From an uncultured Gammaproteobacteria bacterium (GTDB lineage: Bacteria > Pseudomonadota > Gammaproteobacteria > DATFLG01): a DNA stretch of 64,000 nucleotides. The DNA lies in NCBI GenBank assembly GCA_963830105.1, contig CAWHLH010000005.1, forward strand, positions 154,226 through 218,225, in the 5' to 3' direction. A program made the position numbers and the translations under genes. Below the pieces are notes generated by a model that did not search any database, was not told where the DNA came from, and saw only the letters and a list, made by a program, of their open reading frames with translations. Of the stretch, positions 53,182 through 64,000 are shown piece after piece. Positions within the stretch are counted from its first letter, which is position 1. Every line of letters begins with the position of its first letter.

Positions 53182-54438
53182 ATGGCCTATCAGCATATCG
53201 TCATTCCCGAACAGGGTGAGCGCATTATCGTGAATCCGGACCAGTCCCTTGCGGTTCCGGACCGGCCCATCATTCCCTGCATCGAGGGAGACGGCATCGG
53301 GGTGGATATCACACCGGTCATGCAGGCGGTGGTCGACGCGGCTGTCGAGAAGGCCTACACAGGCGCGCGGCGCATCGCCTGGATGGAAATCTACGCGGGC
53401 GAGAAAGCCAACCGCCTCTACGGTGAGAACGCCTGGCTGCCGGCCGAGACGCTGGAGGCCATCCGCGAGTACTCGGTCGCCATCAAGGGGCCGTTGACCA
53501 CGCCGGTGGGCGGTGGGATCCGTTCGCTGAACGTGGCCCTGCGGCAGGAACTGGACCTTTACGTCTGTCTGCGGCCGGTGCGCTACTACACAGGTACTCC
53601 CAGTCCGCTGAAGGAACCGGAGAAGACCGATATGGTGATCTTCCGGGAAAATTCCGAAGATATCTACGCCGGCATCGAATGGGAGGCCGGCACACCGGAA
53701 GCGCGTAAGGTCATCGACTTTCTGCAGACCGAGATGGGGGTCAGGAAAATCCGATTCCCGCAAAGCTCCGGCATCGGCATCAAACCCGTCTCGCGGGACG
53801 GAACCCGCCGCCTGGTGCGCAAGGCGATTCAGTACGCGATCGATCAGGATCGCGAGTCTGTAACGCTGGTGCACAAGGGCAACATCATGAAGTTCACTGA
53901 AGGGGCCTTCAAGAATTGGGGCTATGAGCTTGCCAAGGAGGAGTTCGGGGCGGTGGAACTCGATGGCGGGCCCTGGTGCACCTTCAAGAATCCCAACACG
54001 GGGCGCGACATCATTGTCAAGGACGTCATCGCCGACGCCTTTCTGCAGCAGATTCTGTTGCGTCCGGCCGAGTACAGCGTGATCGCAACGCTCAACCTGA
54101 ACGGCGATTACATTTCAGATGCACTTGCGGCTCAGGTGGGCGGTATCGGCATGGCGCCTGGTGCCAATCTATCGGACACCGTCGGTCTCTTCGAGGCGAC
54201 CCACGGAACCGCGCCCAAGTACGCCGGCAAGGATCAGGTGAACCCCAGTTCCCTGGTGCTGTCGGCGGAAATGATGCTCCGCCACCTGGGTTGGCAGGAA
54301 GCGGCCGACCTGATTGTGAAGGGCGTGAGCGGGGCGGTCGCAAGCAAAACCGTCACCTACGATCTTGCTCGTCTGATGGACGGTGCCACCAAAGTAAGCT
54401 GTTCCGGATTCGGTGAGGCGGTCGTAGCCCATATGTAG
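53182..54438 (+). CDS. icd: Isocitrate dehydrogenase (NADP)
   Basis: It is nearly colinear with E. coli Icd ([78 protein letters not shown]). Confidence 0.95.
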   Translation: MAYQHIVIPEQGERIIVNPDQSLAVPDRPIIPCIEGDGIGVDITPVMQAVVDAAVEKAYTGARRIAWMEIYAGEKANRLYGENAWLPAETLEAIREYSVAIKGPLTTPVGGGIRSLNVALRQELDLYVCLRPVRYYTGTPSPLKEPEKTDMVIFRENSEDIYAGIEWEAGTPEARKVIDFLQTEMGVRKIRFPQSSGIGIKPVSRDGTRRLVRKAIQYAIDQDRESVTLVHKGNIMKFTEGAFKNWGYELAKEEFGAVELDGGPWCTFKNPNTGRDIIVKDVIADAFLQQILLRPAEYSVIATLNLNGDYISDALAAQVGGIGMAPGANLSDTVGLFEATHGTAPKYAGKDQVNPSSLVLSAEMMLRHLGWQEAADLIVKGVSGAVASKTVTYDLARLMDGATKVSCSGFGEAVVAHM

Positions 54439-54489
54439 CCCGTGCGCCGAGCCTGAACGGGCGGGCGCCGCCGGCGACAGAACGGCGCG

Positions 54490-54527
54490 GAACCGGGCGG
54501 CGCGGCGGGCTGCGGCGCCGCCCGGTT
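54490..54527. terminator. Bidirectional GC-rich hairpin terminator between the convergent icd and cspD
   Basis: gaaccgggcggcgc ... gcgccgcccggttc is a perfect 13-bp stem. Confidence 0.55.
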
Positions 54528-54530
54528 CGC

Positions 54531-54740
54531 TCAAACGCCGTCGTTGCGGATCTTGGCAGCTTGCAGGCCTTTCGGGCCCTGCATGACATCGAAGGATACT
54601 TTCTGACCTTCCTTCAGAGTCTTGTATCCTTCCATCTCGATTGACGAGAAATGGGCAAACACATCTTCGCCCCCCTCGTCAGGCGCTATGAAGCCGTAGC
54701 CTTTCGCGTTGCTGAACCACTTAACGGTACCGGTTGCCAT
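54531..54740 (-). CDS. cspD: Cold-shock domain protein (CspD-like)
   Basis: It has the [15 protein letters not shown] and [11 protein letters not shown] motifs. Its position divergent from clpS-clpA matches E. coli. Confidence 0.85.
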   Translation of the reverse strand: MATGTVKWFSNAKGYGFIAPDEGGEDVFAHFSSIEMEGYKTLKEGQKVSFDVMQGPKGLQAAKIRNDGV

Positions 54741-55105
54741 CCTCACATCCCCTCGTATTACCGGCGGACGTTCGAGCGTCCGTCTTGTTTATGCTGGTCG
54801 TCGTGAAGCTTAGCTTACCGGGAGGATTGAACGAGCCGTTCCGCCCGTGGCCACGTGAGCCAATTGCAGACTCCACTTGCACACTCTATCTACAGTTGAG
54901 TAAAATAGTCAAGTATTACCCGGCTTTGGACCCGCTCCGGCAGGTGTCGACGCCGGCCTTTCCCGCCGATCCGCCCGCCCCGCTTTGTACTCGTTGCGCG
55001 CCTTGGTGTTCTATGGTACGAGTAATTCATGAGTGGCGCGATCATGCGGTCGGTAACATTCCGCACGGGTAGCGAGCCGGCGGACTTCGCGACAGACTAT
55101 TTGCT

Positions 55106-55426
55106 ATGGGCAGCGAGCGGAAGCTTGGCAATACAGACGATCTTGTGGTCGAGGAGGCGAGACCGAAGGTCAAACGCCCGCCTCTGTACAAAGTGATTCT
55201 ACTGAATGACGATTACACTCCGATGGAGTTCGTGGTTCAGGTTCTGGAGACGTTCTTCGGCATGGGACGCGAGAAGGCCACGCAGATCATGCTTCATGTG
55301 CACACGCGAGGAAAAGGCGTATGCGGGGTTTTCACCAGGGAAGTTGCCGAGACAAAAGTGGCACAGGTCAATGAATATTCGCGCCGGCATCAGCACCCGC
55401 TGTTATGCACCATGGAGGAGGCGTAG
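55106..55426 (+). CDS. clpS: ATP-dependent Clp protease adaptor ClpS
   Basis: [24 protein letters not shown] is the ClpS core. Confidence 0.9.
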   Translation: MGSERKLGNTDDLVVEEARPKVKRPPLYKVILLNDDYTPMEFVVQVLETFFGMGREKATQIMLHVHTRGKGVCGVFTREVAETKVAQVNEYSRRHQHPLLCTMEEA

Positions 55427-55450
55427 GTCAGTTCATGAGGTAATGCAGGC

Positions 55451-57706
55451 ATGCTGAGCAAGGAACTTGAGTTCACTCTTAACCTCGCCTTCAAGGAAGC
55501 GCGGGACAAACGGCATGAGTTCATGACCGTGGAACATCTGTTGCTCGCGCTGCTCGACAATCCGACCGCGTCGGAGGTCCTGCGAGCCTGCGGCTCGGAT
55601 ATCGAGCAGTTGAAGGGCGAGTTGGCGAAGTTCCTTGACGAAACCACGCCCTTGCTGCCCCCAAATGACAACCGGGAAACCCAGCCGACCCTCGGATTCC
55701 AGAGAGTCCTGCAACGGGCGGTGTTCCACGTGCAGTCCTCCGGCAAGAAGGAGGTCACCGGCGCCAATGTTCTGGTCGCCATCTTCAGCGAGCAGGAATC
55801 CCAGGCCGTCTATTTCCTGAACAAGCAGAACATCACCCGGCTGGACATAGTCAACTACATGTCCCACGGCATCTCCAAGGTGGCCGGGGAGCCGAACGAG
55901 GGACTGTCACCGTCCGGCGAGGAGGAAACGACCCCGGACGTTTCGGCGAAAAAACCGTTGGACAGCTTCGCGACCAACCTCAACGAGATGGCGCGCCAGG
56001 GCAAGATCGATCCTCTGATCGGGCGCCGCCATGAGGTGGAACGCACCATCCAGATACTCTGTCGGCGGCGCAAGAACAACCCGTTGTTCGTGGGTGAGGC
56101 CGGTGTCGGCAAGACCGCCATCGCTGAGGGTCTCGCCAAGATGATTGTGGACGGCGAAGTGCCCGAGGTGCTGGAGGACAGCACCATCCACTCGCTGGAC
56201 CTGGGTGCACTGGTCGCGGGCACCAAATACCGGGGCGATTTCGAAAAGCGTCTGAAGTCCGTACTCGCCCAGCTGCGCAAGGAGAAGGGCGCGATCCTGT
56301 TCATTGACGAAATCCATACGATCATCGGCGCCGGTGCGGCCTCCGGCGGCGTCATGGACGCGTCCAATCTCATCAAACCCATGCTGGCGTCGGGCGAGCT
56401 GAAGTGCATCGGTTCCACGACCTACCAGGAGTACCGGGGCATCTTCGAGAAGGATCGCGCCCTGGCGAGGCGGTTCCAGAAGATCGATGTCACCGAGCCT
56501 TCCGTCGACGAGACGGTGAAGATTCTGCAGGGCCTGAAGTCGCGCTTCGAAGAGCACCACCATGTGAAATATTCCCCGCGGGCCCTGCGTACGGCGGCGG
56601 AGCTGGCAGATCGCTACATCAATGATCGCCATTTGCCCGACAAGGCGATTGATGTCATCGACGAAGCCGGCGCCAACCTGCGACTGCAACCGCCTTCCAA
56701 GCGCAAGAAGACCATCGGTGTGACGGATATCGAGAATGTGGTCGCCAAAATGGCCCGCATACCGCCCAAGAGTGTGTCGTCTTCGGACAAGGATCGGTTG
56801 CGTACTCTGGAGCGCGATCTGAAGATGACCGTGTTCGGCCAGGATCAGGCCATTGAGGCGCTGGCCTCCGCGATCAAGATGGCCCGTTCGGGTCTGGGCA
56901 ACGAGGACAAACCGATCGGCTCGTTCCTGTTCGCGGGGCCGACCGGCGTCGGCAAGACCGAGGTGACCCGTCAACTGTCAATGGTGCTGGGGATCGAACT
57001 GGTGCGGTTCGACATGTCCGAGTACATGGAACGCCACACCGTGTCGCGCCTCATCGGCGCGCCCCCGGGCTATGTGGGATTCGATCAGGGGGGGTTGCTG
57101 ACCGAAGCGATCACCAAGCATCCCCATGCCGTGCTGCTGCTCGACGAAATCGAAAAAGCGCACCCGGACGTGTTCAATCTGCTGCTGCAGGTCATGGACC
57201 ACGGCACGCTGACCGACAACAACGGGCGCAAGGCGGATTTTCGCAATGTGGTGATTGTCATGACCACCAACGCGGGGGCTCAGGAAATGAGCCGTCCGTC
57301 CATTGGCTTTGCCGTGCAGGATCATTCAACGGATGCCATGGAAGCCATTAAGCGACTGTTTACACCGGAATTCCGCAATCGGTTGGACGGTATCATCCAG
57401 TTCAAGGCTCTCGACGCCACGGTGATTGTCCAGGTCGTGGAAAAGTTCCTGTTCGAACTCGAGGCGCAGTTGCAGGAGAAGCACGTGACTCTGGATGTGG
57501 ACGATTCGGCCCGGCTATGGCTCGCTGAGCATGGCTACGACCCGAAGATGGGCGCCCGACCCATGGCGCGGGTCATTCAGGAGCACATCAAGCGGCCGTT
57601 GGCGGAGGATCTTCTGTTCGGTCGCCTGGTCGGCGGCGGACATGTGTTGATCCGCGCCGAGGACGGAGAACTCGTGCTGGAGGTCGAGGAAGTCGAGAAA
57701 GTGTAG
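55451..57706 (+). CDS. clpA: ATP-dependent Clp protease ATP-binding subunit ClpA
   Basis: It has two AAA+ modules (GEAGVGKT and GPTGVGKT) and a ClpA N-domain; 751 aa. Confidence 0.95.
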   Translation: MLSKELEFTLNLAFKEARDKRHEFMTVEHLLLALLDNPTASEVLRACGSDIEQLKGELAKFLDETTPLLPPNDNRETQPTLGFQRVLQRAVFHVQSSGKKEVTGANVLVAIFSEQESQAVYFLNKQNITRLDIVNYMSHGISKVAGEPNEGLSPSGEEETTPDVSAKKPLDSFATNLNEMARQGKIDPLIGRRHEVERTIQILCRRRKNNPLFVGEAGVGKTAIAEGLAKMIVDGEVPEVLEDSTIHSLDLGALVAGTKYRGDFEKRLKSVLAQLRKEKGAILFIDEIHTIIGAGAASGGVMDASNLIKPMLASGELKCIGSTTYQEYRGIFEKDRALARRFQKIDVTEPSVDETVKILQGLKSRFEEHHHVKYSPRALRTAAELADRYINDRHLPDKAIDVIDEAGANLRLQPPSKRKKTIGVTDIENVVAKMARIPPKSVSSSDKDRLRTLERDLKMTVFGQDQAIEALASAIKMARSGLGNEDKPIGSFLFAGPTGVGKTEVTRQLSMVLGIELVRFDMSEYMERHTVSRLIGAPPGYVGFDQGGLLTEAITKHPHAVLLLDEIEKAHPDVFNLLLQVMDHGTLTDNNGRKADFRNVVIVMTTNAGAQEMSRPSIGFAVQDHSTDAMEAIKRLFTPEFRNRLDGIIQFKALDATVIVQVVEKFLFELEAQLQEKHVTLDVDDSARLWLAEHGYDPKMGARPMARVIQEHIKRPLAEDLLFGRLVGGGHVLIRAEDGELVLEVEEVEKV

Positions 57707-57743
57707 GACGGAGTCCCTCCAGACAGGCTTTCCACCAATCGAG

Positions 57744-57774
57744 GGCGCCCGGCGGCAGTCGGGTGCCTTTTTTC
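57744..57774 (+). terminator. Rho-independent terminator after clpA
   Basis: The stem ggcgcccg / 8-nt loop / cgggtgcc is followed by T6. Confidence 0.55.
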
Positions 57775-58188
57775 TGCTCGCGGAAGAGAGTTGGCCGGCG
57801 CCGGTTGCAGTGGTAAGCGGGCGTCCAATGGGGAAAGCACGCCCCGTGGGTCGGTCGCATCGGTATGCCGGATGCTGGATGCCGGAGCAGGACAAGGGTG
57901 CACAGGGGCGGTGCGCGGAAACGCCGGTCACGGCCTTGGCCGTGACGTGGGTGACTACGCTGCGGGGAACAACTTCGGACGACGCGTGAAGCGCCCGTCG
58001 CGCAATGCTGGGGAGATCAGGGGTGCTGCAACCTGAAGCCGGTCCAGGCATACCTGGACAAGCCAGGGCCAGGATAGACCATGACCAGGTCCAATCGCGC
58101 CCTCGAGGTCTGCTGATTCATTGCCGCTGTCGCTTACGCTTCTTGGCTGCCGGGGGCAGGTCGATGGCCGTCCGGTGCCTCGGGCGGG

Positions 58189-58407
58189 TCAGCGTGCCCG
58201 GTAGGTGATCCGGCCTTTGGTCAAATCGTAAGGCGTGAGCTGCACGGTGACCTTGTCGCCGGTGAGAATACGGATGTAGTGCTTGCGCATTTTCCCCGAG
58301 ATATGGGCCGTCACAACGTGCCCGTTCTCGAGTTGCACCCGGAACATGGTGTTGGGCAGAGTCTCAATGACCGTACCCTCCATTTCGATGTGATCTTCTC
58401 GTGCCAT
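58189..58407 (-). CDS. infA: Translation initiation factor IF-1
   Basis: 72 aa that is near-identical in pattern to E. coli InfA (MAKEDNIEMQGTV...). Confidence 0.95.
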   Translation of the reverse strand: MAREDHIEMEGTVIETLPNTMFRVQLENGHVVTAHISGKMRKHYIRILTGDKVTVQLTPYDLTKGRITYRAR

Positions 58408-58717
58408 GGAGTCCCTGTATCGTCGATTGCTAGCGAATCACCGATTATACCCGAATTGACTATCCGGGTGCCTGTGAAAACGTCCTTGTGTGTTGCGGCG
58501 TCTTCCCGCGCGGTGGCCTGGAATCGGGGCCGGCTACTGGCCGCCCCCGGCGGCGTAAAGGATATGTACATATCAGGAGTTATTCAAATGGTGATGCGGA
58601 CCGCCGCTGACGGGACATCGGCAAGGTCCGCCCGCCGGGCCCTGCGCACTGTGAGGCAGGCGACGGACGCGCGCTCGGGGGCGCCTGGGAGCAATCGGTG
58701 GGCGGTGCCCCGGGCCG

Positions 58718-59434
58718 TCAGAGATCGATCCAGTGACCGTCGCGGAATATCTGCAAGGGCCGAATGTTGCCCTTGTAGCTCATTTTCCGGCACTCCTCGA
58801 TCCAGTATCCCAGATACACCCAGGACAAGCCCTGGCGCCTGGCCTCAGCGATCTGCCAGAGGATGGCGTAGCTTCCGAGGCCGCGCGCGGTTTCCCGGGG
58901 GTCGAAAAAGGTGTAGACAGCGGACAGTGCGCCGGGTAGCCGGTCGGTGACGGCGATTGCCAGCAAGCGTTGCTGGATGCGGAACTCGTAGAACACGGTG
59001 TCGGACCACGAGCAGGTCAAAAACTCCAGGTATTGACCCGGGTCGTCGGTGTCCATGGTGCCCCCGGGATGGCGGGTCTGCAGGTATTTGCGGTACAGCA
59101 GAAAATGCTCTTCCCGATAGATGGGCGCAGCGGCTGTGACGGTCAGATCCTCGTTGCGTCGCCAGGTGCGCCGGTCGATGCGCCGGCCGACGAAATCGCC
59201 CGCGGCTATGCGCACCGGAATGCAGGCGCTGCAGTCCGGGCACGCCGGTCGATACACCAGTTGCCCGCTGCGCCGGAAACCGAACTCGGAAAGCCGGCCG
59301 TAGATCCGATTGTCGAGCCGGGCGTCGGGGTCGGCGAACAGCGTGGTCGCTTCCCGTTCCGGGAGGTAGGGACAGGGATGGGGTCGGCTGGCGAAAAAGG
59401 CGAGCTGCTGCAGGTTGGTGTGTCGATGTCCCAT
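58718..59434 (-). CDS. bpt: Aspartate/glutamate leucyltransferase Bpt (Ate1-like arginyl-tRNA-protein transferase family)
   Basis: It starts MGHRHTNLQQLAFF...CPYLP, has an ATE_N/ATE_C pattern, and ends ...RPLQIFRDGHWIDL. Confidence 0.75.
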   Translation of the reverse strand: MGHRHTNLQQLAFFASRPHPCPYLPEREATTLFADPDARLDNRIYGRLSEFGFRRSGQLVYRPACPDCSACIPVRIAAGDFVGRRIDRRTWRRNEDLTVTAAAPIYREEHFLLYRKYLQTRHPGGTMDTDDPGQYLEFLTCSWSDTVFYEFRIQQRLLAIAVTDRLPGALSAVYTFFDPRETARGLGSYAILWQIAEARRQGLSWVYLGYWIEECRKMSYKGNIRPLQIFRDGHWIDL

Positions 59435-59436
59435 GC

Positions 59437-60201
59437 TCACTGACCCTCGCCCCTGCCGGGTCGTCCGCCGTCGCTCAGCAGTCGCGCCGGCAGCTCGGTG
59501 TCGAACCGCCATGGGCTGTCGGGCGTCGGTTGATCACAGTGTGTTCGCAGCATCTTCAGAAACTGCCGGCGCGGGATGTCCACGGCACCGAAACGGGCCA
59601 GATGGGGTGTATGCATCTGGCAGTCAATGACCCCGAAACCCCAGCACTGGAGCTGGCGCACCAGGTGCACGAAGGCAACCTTGGATGCGTCCGGTACGCG
59701 GCTGAACATCGACTCCCCGAAAAATACCCGCCCGAGAGCGACGCCGTACAGCCCCCCGACCAACTGATCGTCACGCCACGCTTCCACCGAATGGGCATGT
59801 CCCTGCTGATGCAGGAGACTGTAGGCGTATTGCATGTCGGTGGTGATCCACGTCCCGTCGGCATCCTGCCGCGGTCCGGCGCAGCCGTGAATGACGGCCT
59901 CGAAAGCGTGGTCCAGGGTTATCCGGAACAGGCCCTTGCGCACCGTCTTGCGCAGGCTGCGGGACACCTTCAGCTGTTCCGGGAACAACACGGCGCGCGG
60001 GTCGGGAGCCCACCAGAGAATGGGCTGGCCTTCGGTATACCAGGGGAAGATGGCATTGCGGTACGCTTCCAGCAATCGCTGCGGGGACAGATTGCCGCCG
60101 ACCGCCAGCAGACCGTCGGGGTCGCGCAGGGCGAGTTCTACGTCAGGAAACGGGCTTTCCGTGTCGAAGGGATCGATCCAGAACGGGCCGAGGGTGTTCA
60201 T
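59437..60201 (-). CDS. aat: Leucyl/phenylalanyl-tRNA--protein transferase
   Basis: It aligns with E. coli Aat (GLLAVGGNLSPQRLLEAYRNAIFPW, PILWWAPDPRAVL, GESMFS). Confidence 0.85.
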   Translation of the reverse strand: MNTLGPFWIDPFDTESPFPDVELALRDPDGLLAVGGNLSPQRLLEAYRNAIFPWYTEGQPILWWAPDPRAVLFPEQLKVSRSLRKTVRKGLFRITLDHAFEAVIHGCAGPRQDADGTWITTDMQYAYSLLHQQGHAHSVEAWRDDQLVGGLYGVALGRVFFGESMFSRVPDASKVAFVHLVRQLQCWGFGVIDCQMHTPHLARFGAVDIPRRQFLKMLRTHCDQPTPDSPWRFDTELPARLLSDGGRPGRGEGQ

Positions 60202-60212
60202 GCTCGCCTCCG

Positions 60213-61364
60213 TCAACCGCCGGCAGGTGCCGCCTTGTAAGGCGCATGCTCTGCCAGCTCCTCCATATACTGTTCCATGGCCACCGTTTCCCGCTGCAGA
60301 AAATCGCCGATGGCCTGCCGGAAGCGGCCATCGGCGATCCAGTGTGCCGACCACGTCGGGGTCGGCAGGAAGCCCCGGCTGATCTTGTGCTCGCCCTGGG
60401 CGCCGGGTTCAAAGCGCTTCAAGCCGTTGCGTATGCAGTAGTCGATTCCCTGATAGTAGCAGGCCTCGAAGTGCAGGCTGTGGAACTCGGCATCGCATCC
60501 CCAATGGCGACCGTACAAGGCGTCCCGGCCGCGCAGGTTGATCGCCCCGGCCACAGGCCGCCCGCCGTGGTAAGCGAAGACCAGCACCACCCGGTCTCCC
60601 ATGGTCAGCCCGATTTCGCGGAAGAAACCGAGATTCAAGGTGGGATAGCCCCATTTCTTCTCGAATGTGGAGTGATAGTAATGGTGGGCGGTGCGCCAGT
60701 GCTCGTCGCTGGCTTCGTGGCCGTGGACCACCTGCAGTTCGACCCCCGCTTCGCTGACCCGCTTGCGTTCGCGCCGTACTTTCTTGCGCTTCTGGGAACT
60801 GAAGCGGTCGAGAAAGTCTTCGAAGTCGCGGTAGCCGGCATTCTCCCACTGGAACTGACAACCCAGTCGAAGGAGCAGACCCTGGTCGGCCAGATCCCGG
60901 GTCTCGGCGGCGTTGGGAAACAGCCAGTGCAGGGAAGAGACTCCGCAGTCGCGGGCGTACTCCAGGGACTGCGAGCTCAAAAAGTGGCGTATCTCGGCGG
61001 CACGTGGGTTGTTTTCGGCCACCAGCAGACGAGAGCCGGTTGCGGGCGTGTACGGGACGGCGGATACCAGCTTCGGGTAGTAGGGCAGACCCGCGCGCTC
61101 GTAGGCGTCCGCCCAGGCCCAGTCGAAAACAAACTCGCCATAGGAGTTGTACTTCGCGTACATGGGTATCGCCCCCTGCAGACGGTTGTCGGCGTCCAGG
61201 GCGACCAGATGGCGGGGCAGCCAGCCGTAGTTCTCGCCCACGCAGGCGTTGTGTTCCAGGGCGGAAAGGAACTCATGACGAAGGAATGGGTTGGTATCGC
61301 CGACGAGCTGATTCCATTGCTCGGCAGGAATGTCGTCGATGCATTCCAACTGCTGGAGTTTCAT
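60213..61364 (-). CDS. FemAB-like / BioF2-like GNAT acetyltransferase family protein (PF04339-like)
   Basis: 383 aa. It has the N-terminal pattern LVALDADNRLQGAIPMYAKYNSYGEFVFDWAWA and the C-terminal HFEACYYQGIDYCIRNGLKRFEPGAQGEHKISRGF. Confidence 0.65.
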   Translation of the reverse strand: MKLQQLECIDDIPAEQWNQLVGDTNPFLRHEFLSALEHNACVGENYGWLPRHLVALDADNRLQGAIPMYAKYNSYGEFVFDWAWADAYERAGLPYYPKLVSAVPYTPATGSRLLVAENNPRAAEIRHFLSSQSLEYARDCGVSSLHWLFPNAAETRDLADQGLLLRLGCQFQWENAGYRDFEDFLDRFSSQKRKKVRRERKRVSEAGVELQVVHGHEASDEHWRTAHHYYHSTFEKKWGYPTLNLGFFREIGLTMGDRVVLVFAYHGGRPVAGAINLRGRDALYGRHWGCDAEFHSLHFEACYYQGIDYCIRNGLKRFEPGAQGEHKISRGFLPTPTWSAHWIADGRFRQAIGDFLQRETVAMEQYMEELAEHAPYKAAPAGG

Positions 61365-61472
61365 GGGGCCATTGTAAACGAACCTTCCGCCAACCGGCAT
61401 GGGAAGTGGTCAAAATCGCGACCGATTCCGGTATATTCCCAAGGTTGGCCGTCAAGGGGAGGTTGCAAACGC

Positions 61473-62141
61473 ATGAGCCAGTCGGAAATGAAACTCCATG
61501 TTGGAGATACGCTGCAACTGCAGTTCCCGGCCGACGACGCCCGCAGCCGCTACTACGTCAAGGTGATCGGCTACCTGCCCGGCCAGAGTCTGTTGGTGAC
61601 CACCCCGCGTTCGGAAGGGCGGGTGCTGCTGGTGCGTGAGGGCCAACCGTTCGTCGTGCGGCTGCTGGCCCGAAGCCGCGTGCTGGCTTTCTCCACCTCG
61701 GTGCTGCGGACCTGCGCACGCCCCTACCCGTACCTGCATCTGATTTATCCGGCCGAGGTGGAGCAGACCGTTGTACGCAAGGCCGAACGGGTGCCGGTCA
61801 AGCTGGTGACTTCGGTGGAGAACGACGACCCGGGCAGCGGTTTTGACACGCCCCGGGCCGCCGTGATCACGGATATCAGTACCGCCGGGGCGAAATTGCG
61901 GGCCTCACGGCCGCTGGGTGGGGCCGGCGACCTGCTGACCGTGAGTTTTCGAATCACGGTGGGCGAGGTCGCCCACGCCGTGAAGTTGCCGGCGGTGATT
62001 CGCACCATCCAGCACGAACAGGAGGATGACGAGGGTCAGGACAACTGTGAGTACGGGGTCGAGTTTCAGCTCGTGGATCCCACGGACACGCTGGCCCTGC
62101 ACGGCTTTGTATACGAGCAGATCATCAAAGGCACGAGCTGA
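61473..62141 (+). CDS. YcgR-like PilZ domain protein (PilZN plus PilZ)
   Basis: It has an N-terminal YcgR-N-like beta barrel (SRYYVKVIGYLPGQSLLVTTP) and PilZ motifs RKAER...DISTAGAKL. Only the 3' third of the track ORF 60246-62141 is real. Confidence 0.65.
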   Translation: MSQSEMKLHVGDTLQLQFPADDARSRYYVKVIGYLPGQSLLVTTPRSEGRVLLVREGQPFVVRLLARSRVLAFSTSVLRTCARPYPYLHLIYPAEVEQTVVRKAERVPVKLVTSVENDDPGSGFDTPRAAVITDISTAGAKLRASRPLGGAGDLLTVSFRITVGEVAHAVKLPAVIRTIQHEQEDDEGQDNCEYGVEFQLVDPTDTLALHGFVYEQIIKGTS

Positions 62142-62165
62142 GCGGGCAGGCGCGCTGCCCGCGGC

Positions 62166-64000
<1,835 letters not shown>

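Noticed and set aside
55907-56974. 355-aa minus-strand ORF inside clpA
   Set aside because: It is antisense to ClpA, and ClpA is colinear with E. coli.
57775-58188. A tRNA (serW-like), expected from E. coli synteny
   Set aside because: No acceptor or T-arm-like sequence is visible on either strand, so none is called.
60246-61472. The 5' two-thirds of the 631-aa plus-strand ORF
   Set aside because: Only the last about 223 codons (from the ATG at 61473) show PilZ/YcgR features. The upstream part is antisense to the FemAB-like GNAT gene.

Overview
This is a 64-kb, high-GC (about 65%) chromosomal segment that looks gammaproteobacterial, most likely from a sulfur-oxidising or phototrophic lineage; coding density is high and almost all long antisense ORFs in the track are GC artefacts. 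Two gene orders match Escherichia coli: purB-hflD-mnmA-nudJ next to icd, and cspD / clpS-clpA / infA / aat. Features from start to end:
(1) An SOS-type locus. A 5'-complete, 3'-truncated SRAP/YedK-like peptidase runs off the left edge of the window. It is followed by lexA. lexA is divergent from a MrfA/YprA-like DEAD-box helicase (DUF1998) that overlaps an MrfB/YprB-like RNase-H-fold exonuclease. The two divergent start codons sit inside a roughly 60-bp palindrome carrying GTTC-N7-GTTC and GAAC-N7-GAAC motifs.
(2) A small accessory patch: a YrhK-like membrane protein, a GNAT acetyltransferase, a DUF1326 gene followed by a diverged 3' fragment of the GNAT gene, an SRPBCC protein, an orphan hypothetical, and a PilZ protein.
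(3) About 11.4 kb on the minus strand holding hypC-hypA-hypB-hypD-hypF-hypE, a small lipoprotein, and a group 3b (sulfhydrogenase-type) [NiFe]-hydrogenase hyhB-hyhG-hyhS-hyhL with its maturation protease.
(4) Divergently on the plus strand, an Isp-type membrane [NiFe]-hydrogenase (hynS-isp1-isp2-hynL) preceded by a maturation protease and a putative accessory gene.
(5) An AsrA-like AAA+/Lon protease, translationally coupled to a USP-like protein.
(6) DUF1003, a periplasmic DsrE-like protein, an M48 lipoprotein peptidase, and Pcm.
(7) A complete V/A-type ATPase operon (G/H-like, C/d, I, K, F, E, A, B, D).
(8) A GNAT / hypothetical / mini-secretin-like trio.
(9) Core genes: purB, acnA, hflD, mnmA, nudJ, an exported unknown, icd, cspD, clpS, clpA, infA, bpt, aat, a FemAB-like GNAT, a YcgR-like PilZ protein, trxB, and a partial ald.
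I found no CRISPR array, rRNA, tRNA or obvious transposase.
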